Shown here: positions 26,964 through 35,642 of the stretch, piece after piece
Layout: every line of letters starts with the position of its first letter
Position numbering within the stretch: position 1 is the stretch's first letter
Assembly (NCBI GenBank): GCA_944350285.1
Contig: CALVOL010000002.1
Coordinates: forward strand, 1 to 47,814
Direction: 5' to 3'
Origin: an uncultured Bacilli bacterium
GTDB lineage: Bacteria > Bacillota_I > Bacilli_A > RF39 > UBA660
Length of the DNA: 47,814 nucleotides
Made by a program: the position numbers and the translations under genes
The notes under the pieces: model-generated
Told to the model about the DNA's origin: nothing
The model's input: the letters and a program-made list of their open reading frames with translations, nothing else
Databases searched by the model: none

Positions 26964-27045
26964 GTGCACACAAACAGTGATTGACGTGGCTGCTATCTTC
27001 CGATCCTGACCAGGTTACAATATATTTGTTGCACGTACAAAGAAT
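26964..27045 (-). ncRNA. ffs: Small (4.5S-type) signal recognition particle RNA
   Basis: The minus strand contains the domain IV core ACCUGGUCAGGAUCGGAAGAUAGCAGCC. The ends GUGCAACAAA / UUUGUGUGCAC pair to close one long hairpin, followed by a T9 run. Confidence 0.8.
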
Positions 27046-27080
27046 ATCAAATTTTTCACAAAAATGCAAATATATTCTTA

Positions 27081-27110
27081 ATGTTTCACGTGAAACATCA
27101 GTTATTAACA
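27081..27110 (+). promoter_or_regulatory. parS unit a: TGTTTCACGTGAAACA plus TTATTAACA
   Basis: Perfect palindromic parS 16-mer at 27082-27097. After a 3-nt gap (CAG) comes TTATTAACA, which matches TTATCCACA at 7/9. Confidence 0.75.
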
Positions 27111-27167
27111 AAAAACATCATTTATGATTTTAATATTTATTCTTCTACAATTTAAATACAGCAAATT

Positions 27168-27196
27168 ATGTTCCACGTGGAACGTTGTTATCCACC
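27168..27196 (+). promoter_or_regulatory. parS unit b: TGTTCCACGTGGAACG plus TTATCCACC
   Basis: parS 16-mer at 27169-27184, one position off palindromic symmetry. A TG spacer is followed by an 8/9 DnaA box at 27188-27196. Confidence 0.75.
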
Positions 27197-27361
27197 TCTT
27201 TTTTTTAATTAAAATGAAAGTTTCATTTTTTGAAAAAAATACTAAAAATTTAAAAAATAAGAGTAAAAAAATAAATAAAATCGCATTTTGACTATAAAAA
27301 GCCTCCTTATCAACAAAAAAATATCAATAAATATAAAATTAATAATCCATAATGTTATCAT

Positions 27362-27390
27362 ATGTTTCACGTGGAACATTGTTATCCACT
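27362..27390 (+). promoter_or_regulatory. parS unit c: TGTTTCACGTGGAACA plus TTATCCACT
   Basis: parS 16-mer at 27363-27378. A TG spacer is followed by an 8/9 DnaA box at 27382-27390. Confidence 0.8.
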
Positions 27391-27655
27391 TTTATTTTCA
27401 GACTAATTTTTTAATTAAAATTTAAACTATTACAGGTAATTATGAACTATTTCCAAAACAAACTAATTATCAACACAACCACAAAAAAAATTAAATCGCA
27501 TTTTTATAAATAGCTAAATTAAAAATATATAAATTAATAAAAACAATAAGAAATAGCAAAAAAAGTATTAAAATCTAGATGTTTTTAAAAAATTTTAAAT
27601 AGAATTTAACTTTATATTAAGAAAATAGTATTTATATACAAAATATTTTTATTTA

Positions 27656-27684
27656 ATGTTTCACGTGAAACATAGTTATTCACT
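27656..27684 (+). promoter_or_regulatory. parS unit d: TGTTTCACGTGAAACA plus TTATTCACT
   Basis: Perfect palindromic parS at 27657-27672. An AG spacer is followed by a 7/9 DnaA box at 27676-27684. Confidence 0.75.
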
Positions 27685-27752
27685 TGCAATTAATTCGAAT
27701 AAAAAAATGATTTATAATTAATTATCTTTCTATTTACAAGAATTTTATAGGA

Positions 27753-27783
27753 ATGTTCCACGTGGAACATTCACTTATTAACA
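27753..27783 (+). promoter_or_regulatory. parS unit e: TGTTCCACGTGGAACA plus TTATTAACA
   Basis: Perfect palindromic parS at 27754-27769. After a 4-nt gap comes TTATTAACA (27775-27783, 7/9). Confidence 0.7.
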
Positions 27784-27952
27784 ATTTTATTTAAGTTCAA
27801 TACATAAACTTATACACTCAATACTTTTTTAATTAAATTTAACAAAATTTATCAAGATCAATATAAACTTTTTAAGAAATAACAGTATTTATACATATAA
27901 AAGCTACACATCAATAAAAATCAAATCATTTTTCTTTATTACATTTTATTCT

Positions 27953-27981
27953 ATGTTTCACGTGGAACATTGTTATCCAGT
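27953..27981 (+). promoter_or_regulatory. parS unit f: TGTTTCACGTGGAACA plus TTATCCAGT
   Basis: parS at 27954-27969. A TG spacer is followed by TTATCCAGT (7/9) at 27973-27981. Confidence 0.75.
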
Positions 27982-28189
27982 TTTAAATACATAAAAAAAT
28001 CAAATCAAAATAAATTAATTCTATTAAAAATAATATATAAAAATATAAATAAAAATAAAATGATAATGGTATAAAATAAATAAAGTTATACACGAAAGCA
28101 GCAAAAGAATTAACTCAAAATCATATTTTACAAACAATTCTTTTCAAGATTTATAGTGAAAGGTTTGATTTAGCATTATTAAATACATT

Positions 28190-28218
28190 ATGTTCCACGT
28201 GAAACATAGTTATCCACA
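28190..28218 (+). promoter_or_regulatory. parS unit g: TGTTCCACGTGAAACA plus perfect DnaA box TTATCCACA
   Basis: The parS at 28191-28206 is identical to the B. subtilis spo0J-type site as I recall it. An AG spacer is followed by a 9/9 DnaA box at 28210-28218. Confidence 0.85.
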
Positions 28219-28226
28219 TCTTGCCA

Positions 28227-28244
28227 ATGTTCCACGTGAAACAT
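28227..28244. promoter_or_regulatory. parS unit h: TGTTCCACGTGAAACA (no adjacent box)
   Basis: parS at 28228-28243, 37 bp centre to centre from unit g and 19 nt beyond the gyrA stop codon. Confidence 0.8.
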
Positions 28245-28262
28245 TAAAAAAGGAAAAGCCAT

Positions 28263-30713
28263 TTACGACTCTTCCTTTGCTTCTTCAATAACATCAGAAG
28301 GATTTTCCTCCTCATGTTCAACAATACTAATTGTCGAAACATTTTGATTATCTTTTAGATGTATTAAACGAACTCCTTGTGTTACTCTACCCAAAGTAGA
28401 AACTTGAGCTAATGGTAAGCGAATTAACATACCTGTATTTGTAATAATTACAACATCACTATTATCACTAATCAATTTAAATGACGCAATAGAACCATTC
28501 TTATCTGTAATATTAAGAGCTTTTACACCTTTACTTCCACGACTTGTTTCTCTAAATTCACGAACATATGTTTGTTTCCCGTAACCTTTCTCAGTTACAA
28601 TTAAAATTTTATCATCATCAGAAGCAATTTCAGCACCGATACAAACATTATCTTCTAAATTAATACCCTTAACACCACTAGCTGTACGTCCCATAGGTCT
28701 TAAAGAATTCTCATTAAACTTAACCATTCTACCAGAACTAGAACCGATTAAAATCATATCATTTCCAGTAGTTTTACGTACACTAATAAGCTCATCTGTA
28801 TCACGTAGAGTAATACAAATCTTACCATTTGTTCGAATGTTATCAAACTCTTCTATAGCCGTTTTCTTAACAATTCCCTTCTTAGTAGCAAATAACAAAT
28901 ACTTATAAGTATTATCCCTACTAATTGTAATTAAAGAATTAATAGATTCATCCTTGTCAATTTGTAATAAGTTGATAACCGGAATTCCCTTAGATTGACG
29001 GCTAAATTCAGGAACTTCATAACCCTTTAATCGATAAACCTTACCCTTATTAGTAAAGAATAATACATAATCATGTGTGGATAAGTTAATCAAGTGCTCT
29101 ACAAAATCCTCATCATTTGTAGTCATACCTTTTACACCGACTCCGCCACGATTTTGCGATTTAAAGGTATCAGTAGTAGTTCTCTTAATATAACCTTTAT
29201 TCGTTAATGCAATCATAATATTTTCTTCTGGAATTAACGATTCATCCTCAATATACTCGATAGCAGTCATATCGATATTAGTACGACGTTCATCAGCATA
29301 TTTATCCTTAATTTCAAGAAGTTCAGAACGAATAATAGCTAAAACCTTCTCATCACTAGCTAAAATAGCCTTTAACTCTTCAATTTTCTTTAATAAGTCA
29401 TTTAATTCAGCTTCAATCTTTTCCTTCTCTAAGCCTGTTAAACGACGCAATCTCATCTCAAGAATAGCATCACATTGAAGTTCAGAAAGACCAAATCGAC
29501 TCATTAAAGTTTCCTTCGCTTGAACATCTGTTCTGCTGCCACGAATTATCTTAATAACTTCATCAATATGATCCAAAGCAATTTTCAAACCTTCTAAAAT
29601 ATGAACTCTTGCTTCGGCCTTTTCTAAATCAAAACGTGTTCTTCTAACAATAACTTCCCTTTGAAAGTCAATATATTTACTAATAATATCTTTAAGACCA
29701 AGAGTTTTTGGTACTCCTTGATCAATCATTAAAAGAATAATTCCATAAGAAGTTTGAAAAGAAGTATGTTTATACAAGTTATTCAACACAACTTGTGGAT
29801 TTGCATCTCTCTTTAATGTAATTGTTATCTTAATACCATCTTTTAAATCAGAATGATAATCTGCAATTCCATCAATAATCTTATTATGAACAAGTTCGGC
29901 AACCTTATTTTTTAACTCCAAAGTATTTACACCATAAGGAACCTCATCAAATACGATTTGATAACGACCATTTTTCTCTTCTATACTAGCCTTACTTCGA
30001 ATAGTAATAGTACCACGACCTGTTTCATAAGCCTTTTTAATACCACTATTACCTAAAATAGTCGCGCCAGTAGGAAAATCTGGCCCTTTAATATATTGCA
30101 TAAGTCCTGCAGTATCAATATCTTGATTATCAATGTAAGCAACACATCCATCGATAACTTCCCCCAAATTATGTGGTGGAATATTAGTAGCCATACCTAC
30201 CGCAATACCCATAGTACCATTGACTAAAATATTAGGAAATCTACTTGGTAAAACAACCGGTTCTTCCTCTAATTCATCAAAATTTGGTGTCATATCAACA
30301 GTATTTTTATTAATATCCCGTAGTAATTCTGCTGATATTTTAGCAAGTCTTGCTTCGGTATAACGCATAGCTGCAGCTCCATCACCATCCATATTACCGA
30401 AATTTCCATGTCCATCTATTAAAGGATAACGATAACTAAAATCTTGAGCCATACGTACCATTGCATCATAGATAGAAGAATCCCCATGTGGGTGAAATTT
30501 ACCCATGACGTCACCAACGATACGAGCACATTTTTTATGTTGCTTATCATTCGTATATCCAGACTGATACATAGAAAACAAAATTCTTCGATGTACGGGC
30601 TTTAATCCATCTCGCAAGTCTGGTAAAGCACGTGCCGTAATTACACTGACAGAGTAATCAACAAAGGATTGACTAACTTCAGAAACAATATTATTTTTCT
30701 CTATACGATCCAT
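28263..30713 (-). CDS. gyrA: DNA gyrase subunit A
   Basis: 816-aa ORF with the active-site Tyr context AAAMRYTE, the QRDR-like [17 protein letters not shown], and beta-pinwheel repeats in the C-terminal domain. Confidence 0.98.
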   Translation of the reverse strand: MDRIEKNNIVSEVSQSFVDYSVSVITARALPDLRDGLKPVHRRILFSMYQSGYTNDKQHKKCARIVGDVMGKFHPHGDSSIYDAMVRMAQDFSYRYPLIDGHGNFGNMDGDGAAAMRYTEARLAKISAELLRDINKNTVDMTPNFDELEEEPVVLPSRFPNILVNGTMGIAVGMATNIPPHNLGEVIDGCVAYIDNQDIDTAGLMQYIKGPDFPTGATILGNSGIKKAYETGRGTITIRSKASIEEKNGRYQIVFDEVPYGVNTLELKNKVAELVHNKIIDGIADYHSDLKDGIKITITLKRDANPQVVLNNLYKHTSFQTSYGIILLMIDQGVPKTLGLKDIISKYIDFQREVIVRRTRFDLEKAEARVHILEGLKIALDHIDEVIKIIRGSRTDVQAKETLMSRFGLSELQCDAILEMRLRRLTGLEKEKIEAELNDLLKKIEELKAILASDEKVLAIIRSELLEIKDKYADERRTNIDMTAIEYIEDESLIPEENIMIALTNKGYIKRTTTDTFKSQNRGGVGVKGMTTNDEDFVEHLINLSTHDYVLFFTNKGKVYRLKGYEVPEFSRQSKGIPVINLLQIDKDESINSLITISRDNTYKYLLFATKKGIVKKTAIEEFDNIRTNGKICITLRDTDELISVRKTTGNDMILIGSSSGRMVKFNENSLRPMGRTASGVKGINLEDNVCIGAEIASDDDKILIVTEKGYGKQTYVREFRETSRGSKGVKALNITDKNGSIASFKLISDNSDVVIITNTGMLIRLPLAQVSTLGRVTQGVRLIHLKDNQNVSTISIVEHEEENPSDVIEEAKEES

Positions 30714-30723
30714 ACCTTACCTC

Positions 30724-32649
30724 CTAAATATCCAATATAGCATACTGAGCATTTTCCTCAATAAACTTACGTCTAGGCTCTACTTCTTCCCCCATAAGTG
30801 TAGAAAAAATCTCATCTGCTGCAATCGTATCTTCCACTGTGATTTGTCTTAATGTACGCTTTTCAATATCCATAGTAGTTTCAAAAAGCTCATCCGCATT
30901 CATCTCTCCTAATCCCTTCATTCTACCAATTTCATACTTAGTAGAAGAAGGAAGACTTGCCAAATACTCATCTTTTTCTTCATCCGTTAAAACATATTTA
31001 ATAGTTTTACCGTGTTTTATACTATACAATGGCGGTTCTGCAGCATAGACATGCCCTGCCTCTACAATTGGTCTAAAGAAACGATAGAATAAAGTTAATA
31101 ACAACACCCGAATATGTGCCCCATCGACATCGGCATCGGTCATAATAATAATCTTATTATATCTTAACTTAGATAAATCAAACTCTTCCCCAATACCTGT
31201 ACCAAAAGCAGTAATAATAGTACGAATTTCCTCATTAGACAACGCTCTATCAAGTCGCGCCTTCTCTACATTTAAAATCTTACCACGAAGAGGCAAAATT
31301 GCTTGAGTCATACTATTTCTTCCTTTTTTAGCAGAACCACCGGCACTATCACCCTCGACTAAGAAAATTTCACATTCAGAAGGATCTTTACTCTTACAAT
31401 CTGACAATTTTCCATAGAAATTAGTAATATCTAAATCGCCTTTTCTTCTAGTTAATTCTCTTGCCTTCTTAGCAGCCAAACGAGCTCTAGATGCAGTCAT
31501 ACACTTTTCAACAATAACCCGTGCTGCATCTGGATTTTCCATCAAAAAACGTTCTAATCCATTACCAAACACATCACTAGCTATCTTTTTTACTTCACTA
31601 TTACCAAGTTTGGTCTTCGTTTGTCCTTCAAATTGAGGATTTGGATGCTTACAAGAAATAATCATAACGACTCCTTCACGAACATCCTCACCAGTTAGAC
31701 TATCATCATTATCTTTTAACAATTTATTTTGTTTCGCATAATTATTAATCACACGAGTTAAAGCTTGTTTAACTCCATCTTCATGAGTGCCACCTTCAGT
31801 CGTATGAATATTATTCGTAAAAGAATAAATAGATGAATTATAACTATCATTATACTGCATAGCCACTTCAATCAAAATATCATTCTCTCTACCTTCTACA
31901 TAAACAATATCATCAAATAAAGGTTGTTTATTTTTATTAAGCATCTGTACATACTCAATAATTCCTCCATTATAATGGAAAATTTCCTTTTGTTCATCTT
32001 CTCTATGATCAATCAAAGTAATACGGATACCTTTATTTAAGAAAGCCATTTCTTGAAGACGTTTATACAAAATATCCCAATTATAAATAGTTGTTTCAAA
32101 ACAAGTTGGATCCGCATGGAAAGTTACCGTAGTTCCAGTTCTATCTGGATCACAATCATCAATCACTTTTAAAGGTTCTACTGGATGTCCGCCATTTTCA
32201 AATCTTTGAAAATATACATGACCATCACGATAAACCCTTACTTCAAGCCAATCAGATAACGCATTTACAACACTAGCTCCAACACCGTGAAGACCACCAG
32301 AAACCTTGTAACCTCCACCGCCAAATTTACCACCAGCATGTAATACAGTAAAAATAGTTTCAATTGTAGATAAACCAGTCTTTTCATTCATTCCAGTCGG
32401 CATACCACGTCCGTCATCCTTGACTGTAATAACATTTCCTTTTTCAATCTCTACTTCAATATCATCACAGTAACCAGCCAAAGCCTCATCTACTGCATTG
32501 TCGACAATTTCCCAAACAAGATGATGAAGTCCCGCTTCATTCGTATTTCCTATGTACATTCCAGGACGTTTACGAACAGCTTCCAAGCCCTCTAAGACTT
32601 GAATATCACTATCACCATAATGTTCCTTCTTATCACTATTCATGTTCAC
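30724..32649 (-). CDS. gyrB: DNA gyrase subunit B
   Basis: 641-aa ORF with the GHKL motif [16 protein letters not shown], Toprim [20 protein letters not shown] and [12 protein letters not shown]. Confidence 0.98.
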   Translation of the reverse strand: MNMNSDKKEHYGDSDIQVLEGLEAVRKRPGMYIGNTNEAGLHHLVWEIVDNAVDEALAGYCDDIEVEIEKGNVITVKDDGRGMPTGMNEKTGLSTIETIFTVLHAGGKFGGGGYKVSGGLHGVGASVVNALSDWLEVRVYRDGHVYFQRFENGGHPVEPLKVIDDCDPDRTGTTVTFHADPTCFETTIYNWDILYKRLQEMAFLNKGIRITLIDHREDEQKEIFHYNGGIIEYVQMLNKNKQPLFDDIVYVEGRENDILIEVAMQYNDSYNSSIYSFTNNIHTTEGGTHEDGVKQALTRVINNYAKQNKLLKDNDDSLTGEDVREGVVMIISCKHPNPQFEGQTKTKLGNSEVKKIASDVFGNGLERFLMENPDAARVIVEKCMTASRARLAAKKARELTRRKGDLDITNFYGKLSDCKSKDPSECEIFLVEGDSAGGSAKKGRNSMTQAILPLRGKILNVEKARLDRALSNEEIRTIITAFGTGIGEEFDLSKLRYNKIIIMTDADVDGAHIRVLLLTLFYRFFRPIVEAGHVYAAEPPLYSIKHGKTIKYVLTDEEKDEYLASLPSSTKYEIGRMKGLGEMNADELFETTMDIEKRTLRQITVEDTIAADEIFSTLMGEEVEPRRKFIEENAQYAILDI

Positions 32650-33736
32650 TCTCCTCCACTACACTCCCTTGTTCAATGTGAATTGTTTTATAAGAAAATT
32701 CTTTCAAAGACTTAAAATGCTCAAGACTAGTTGTTGTAATAAAAGTCTGATAGTCGCATTTTAACAAAGACAAAATATTTTCTATTTTCTCTTGATCCAA
32801 TTCACTAAACAAATCGTCTAAAATTAAAATAGGATAAGTCCCAGTTTTCTCTTTAAATATCTCTAATTCACTAAATTTATAAGAAATAATGGCATTTTTT
32901 TGTTGTCCTTCACTCCCATACTCTTTCAAATCTTTACCATCTAATAAAAATTTCAAATCATCCGTATGAATTCCAACATTCGTTTTACCAAACATCATAT
33001 CTTTTTCTAAATTTTTTTGATACATCGCAAGAATTTCTTCCTTATTTTTACAATCATAATCACTAAGATAACATATTTCTAACTTGCCTGTTCCAGCGAT
33101 TTTTTTGTAAAAAGTATCAATATACTCATTAATAGCCGAAACAAACTCTAATCGCTTCTGATACAAATAAATACCATAATCTACTAATTTTTCTGTCAAA
33201 ATATTCAAATATGCTGAATTCTCATTATGATGTTGAAACATTTGCTTTAAATAAGCATTTCTCTGCTTTAATATCTTATTATAATTATTTAAATAACGAA
33301 GATATTCTACGGTTACCAAAGAAATAGAAATATTTAAATTCTTTCGTCTGGTACTTGGTGTATCTTTAATAAACCTTAAATCATCTGGATGAAACAACAC
33401 TACAGTAATTTTAGAAATATAATCACTTACTCTAGACACTTTATTATTATTAATCTTCACTTTTTTACCATCTTTTGATAAAAAAACTTGATAATTCGTT
33501 TTAAAGCGGTTATAAACATTTCCTTCTACCTTACATAACGAAGCATGGTCAGAAATTAATGTCTTTTCACCTGCTAAACGAAAACTACGCGTTAAAGCAA
33601 GAACGTAAATTCCTTCTACCAAATTTGTCTTTCCAGATCCATTTTTTCCATAAATAATATTAAGTGACGGATGAAAAGATAAATTTAATTTGGAATAATT
33701 TCTAAAATTCAACAACTTTAAAAATTCAATTTTCAT
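32636..33736 (-). CDS. recF: DNA replication and repair protein RecF
   Basis: [14 protein letters not shown] start after an AAGGGG SD. Walker [10 protein letters not shown], signature SEGQQK and Walker B ILILDD are present. The ORF-track start at 33805 is an upstream extension. It overlaps gyrB by 14 nt. Confidence 0.93.
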   Translation of the reverse strand: MKIEFLKLLNFRNYSKLNLSFHPSLNIIYGKNGSGKTNLVEGIYVLALTRSFRLAGEKTLISDHASLCKVEGNVYNRFKTNYQVFLSKDGKKVKINNNKVSRVSDYISKITVVLFHPDDLRFIKDTPSTRRKNLNISISLVTVEYLRYLNNYNKILKQRNAYLKQMFQHHNENSAYLNILTEKLVDYGIYLYQKRLEFVSAINEYIDTFYKKIAGTGKLEICYLSDYDCKNKEEILAMYQKNLEKDMMFGKTNVGIHTDDLKFLLDGKDLKEYGSEGQQKNAIISYKFSELEIFKEKTGTYPILILDDLFSELDQEKIENILSLLKCDYQTFITTTSLEHFKSLKEFSYKTIHIEQGSVVEESEHE

Positions 33737-33822
33737 AATAATGCCCCTTAATTTTGATTTACAGAAAAAATATAGGTACGGAAGTACACCTATACCTACA
33801 ATCATTATATCACAAAAAAGGC

Positions 33823-34284
33823 TTATTTAAAACGTTTTTTTGAAGTTTTTCTCCCTCTTAAAGTACTTTCCAATCTTGTAGCTCTAAGAATTTGATTATC
33901 GATAATTCCATAAGAATAATTTAAATAAATTTTTCGTTTATTTTCAAATTCTATAACTAATAAATTATTTTCCATATAATAATTCTTAATATGCTTTAGA
34001 CTTATCCACACACTATCTTGATATCGACTAGAAGAAGTAGGAAAAAAAATCATTTCTTTCGATTCTTCCACTATAATAGGCGCTTTATAAGTAACACCGA
34101 TCATATCAGCAGTACCTTTACGACGTCCTTCTAAACTACTTCCAAAATAAAGACAACTATCTTCCATAATTTTCGTAGTACTCTTATTAACATGAATAAC
34201 TTCATCAAACTCATAAACTTCTGAATTATGTTCATTAATAGGCAAAATTGCTAATGTTTCTTCATTAATTTCATAATTTTCCAA
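33823..34284 (-). CDS. comK: ComK-family competence transcription factor
   Basis: 153-aa ORF with a TTG start after a GGGGGGA SD. It aligns block by block with B. subtilis ComK as I recall it: YEINEETLAILP / YEVNGATIAVLP, DSCLYFGSSLEGRRKGT / RSCRFFGSSYAGRKAGT, KAPIIVEES..IFFPTSSS...VWIS / KPPIMVDPS..FLFPTLSS...GWIS. Confidence 0.8.
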   Translation of the reverse strand: MENYEINEETLAILPINEHNSEVYEFDEVIHVNKSTTKIMEDSCLYFGSSLEGRRKGTADMIGVTYKAPIIVEESKEMIFFPTSSSRYQDSVWISLKHIKNYYMENNLLVIEFENKRKIYLNYSYGIIDNQILRATRLESTLRGRKTSKKRFK

Positions 34285-34349
34285 AAAAATCCCCCCTAAA
34301 ATAATGAAAATTGACTATAGAATAGCATAGAAAACTAGAAAAAAATGTC

Positions 34350-34374
34350 GAAAAAAAATAGCTTTTCAGCTATT
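34350..34374 (-). terminator. Rho-independent terminator overlapping the dnaN stop
   Basis: Minus strand reads AATAGCT-GAAA-AGCTATT (7-bp perfect stem) followed by a T-run. Confidence 0.6.
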
Positions 34375-35491
34375 AATAAGTTTTAATTGGTAAAATAAGT
34401 TGAATTAAAGATTCATCTGTCAAAGCTTTAATCACAATAGGTTTTACATCATTATTAAGAAGAATCAAAATATCTTCATCTTTAATTGTTTTTAAAGCAT
34501 CCATCATATATTTTGCACTGAAAGAAATATCAATATTTGACTTTTCATCAGTATCAATTGAAACTCTTTCCTCTGTTTTACCAATTTCAGAAGCATAAGA
34601 ATTAATAATCATTTCTTTGTTTTCAACTTTCATCTTAATAATATTTTTATCCTTACCTTGCGTAAGAAGGGCTGCTCTATCAACGGCTCCCATAAATTCA
34701 CTTTTCTTAGTTTGGACAATAATTTCAAATTCAGTTGGAATTAAATTAGAAGTATTTGGATAACTTCCTGACAAAATATTTGTTTGAAACTTCAAGTTCT
34801 TATATTCAAATAAGACACGATTATTAAATACATTAATAGAAACAATATCATCATCAACTAAAATATGTTCTAATTCAATAATATTTTTACCAGGAATGAC
34901 AATGTTCACATCTTCAGCTGCTGGTTGATCTAATTTAATATTTTTTTTCGCCAAACGATAAGAGTCAGTCGCGATAACTTCTAAATAATCTCCATTAATC
35001 TTAATATTTAAACCAGTTAAAATAGGTCTCAATTCTTGATTAGAAATCGCAAAACTAGTTTGATTAATAAGTTCTTTTAAAACATCTCCTTTAATAGTAA
35101 TAGGGTCTTTATGACTTAAAAGCTTAATACTAGGATATTCACTAGGATCTAAACAATTTAAATTATATTGATTAAAATCAGAATAAATCTTAATCTTTAA
35201 ACTATCTTGCATTTCAAATTGAATAACATCACTAGGCATCTTTCTAATAATATCTAAAATATACTTACTACTAATAATAATAGTACCAGTACTTTCAATA
35301 TTCTTAATAAGTTTACTATCTATAAAAGACTCAATAGTAAGCTCACTATCGCTAGCCATTAATGTTAAACCCTCTTCTTTTAATTCAAATTTAATACCAT
35401 TTAATACAGGAATTACATTTTTTGTACTAATTCCTCTAACAACATTATTTAAATTTTCTAATAATATACTTTTATCAATTGCAAATTTCAT
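34373..35491 (-). CDS. dnaN: DNA polymerase III beta sliding clamp
   Basis: 372-aa ORF. MKFAIDKSILLENLNNVVRGIS...IPVLNGIKF is a typical DnaN N-terminus, and the gene lies directly downstream of dnaA. Confidence 0.96.
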   Translation of the reverse strand: MKFAIDKSILLENLNNVVRGISTKNVIPVLNGIKFELKEEGLTLMASDSELTIESFIDSKLIKNIESTGTIIISSKYILDIIRKMPSDVIQFEMQDSLKIKIYSDFNQYNLNCLDPSEYPSIKLLSHKDPITIKGDVLKELINQTSFAISNQELRPILTGLNIKINGDYLEVIATDSYRLAKKNIKLDQPAAEDVNIVIPGKNIIELEHILVDDDIVSINVFNNRVLFEYKNLKFQTNILSGSYPNTSNLIPTEFEIIVQTKKSEFMGAVDRAALLTQGKDKNIIKMKVENKEMIINSYASEIGKTEERVSIDTDEKSNIDISFSAKYMMDALKTIKDEDILILLNNDVKPIVIKALTDESLIQLILPIKTY

Positions 35492-35507
35492 AATTCTACC
35501 CTCTTTC

Positions 35508-35540
35508 TTATTATTTATATATATTATTAATATTATTAAT
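35508..35540. promoter_or_regulatory. Candidate DNA-unwinding element with TAW trinucleotide repeats (DnaA-trio-like)
   Basis: 33 nt of 100 percent A+T. Positions 35522-35539 read TAT TAT TAA TAT TAT TAA. A GC dinucleotide separates this run from the first DnaA box. Confidence 0.5.
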
Positions 35541-35542
35541 GC

Positions 35543-35623
35543 GGTGGATAATGTGGATAACTTTGAATATCCCTTATAAATTCCACATCCATTGTCGAAT
35601 TTTGTCGTGGATAACTATTCACA
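35543..35623. promoter_or_regulatory. oriC downstream DnaA-box cluster (dnaA-dnaN spacer)
   Basis: GGTGGATAA (35543-35551, 8/9), TGTGGATAA (35552-35560, 9/9 reverse box), CGTGGATAA (35606-35614, 8/9) and CTATTCACA (35615-35623, 7/9). Confidence 0.8.
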
Positions 35624-35642
35624 TTTCAAAAAGTTACGCACA

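Larger units (their letters stand above)
27081..28244. repeat. Gene-free array of eight parS palindromes, most fused to DnaA-box-like 9-mers
   Basis: Eight copies of ATGTTYCACGTGRAACRT lie in about 1.16 kb with no ORF of 60 aa or more. Details are in the individual entries and the findings. Confidence 0.85.

Noticed and set aside
27213-27293. A 26-codon ORF (MKVSFFEKNTKNLKNKSKKINKIAF) inside the parS block.
   Set aside because: It has no Shine-Dalgarno sequence and a Lys/Asn-rich low-complexity translation typical of AT-rich non-coding DNA. It overlaps the duplicated spacer motifs.
27081-28244. A repeat-rich, gene-free block that could be read as a CRISPR array.
   Set aside because: The repeats are perfect palindromes matching parS, and their spacing is highly irregular (37 to 294 bp). 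The sequence between them is low-complexity AT-rich DNA with its own internal duplications. No cas genes or leader are present.
27000-28260. A second replication origin, or a decayed rRNA operon (gyrA is followed by an rrn operon in B. subtilis).
   Set aside because: There is no rRNA- or tRNA-like sequence. The canonical bipartite oriC with perfect boxes and a DUE flanks dnaA 7-9 kb away, and gene orientation does not switch at this block. A DnaA-titrating or regulatory role is more plausible than an origin, though an autonomous-replication assay would be needed to exclude it.
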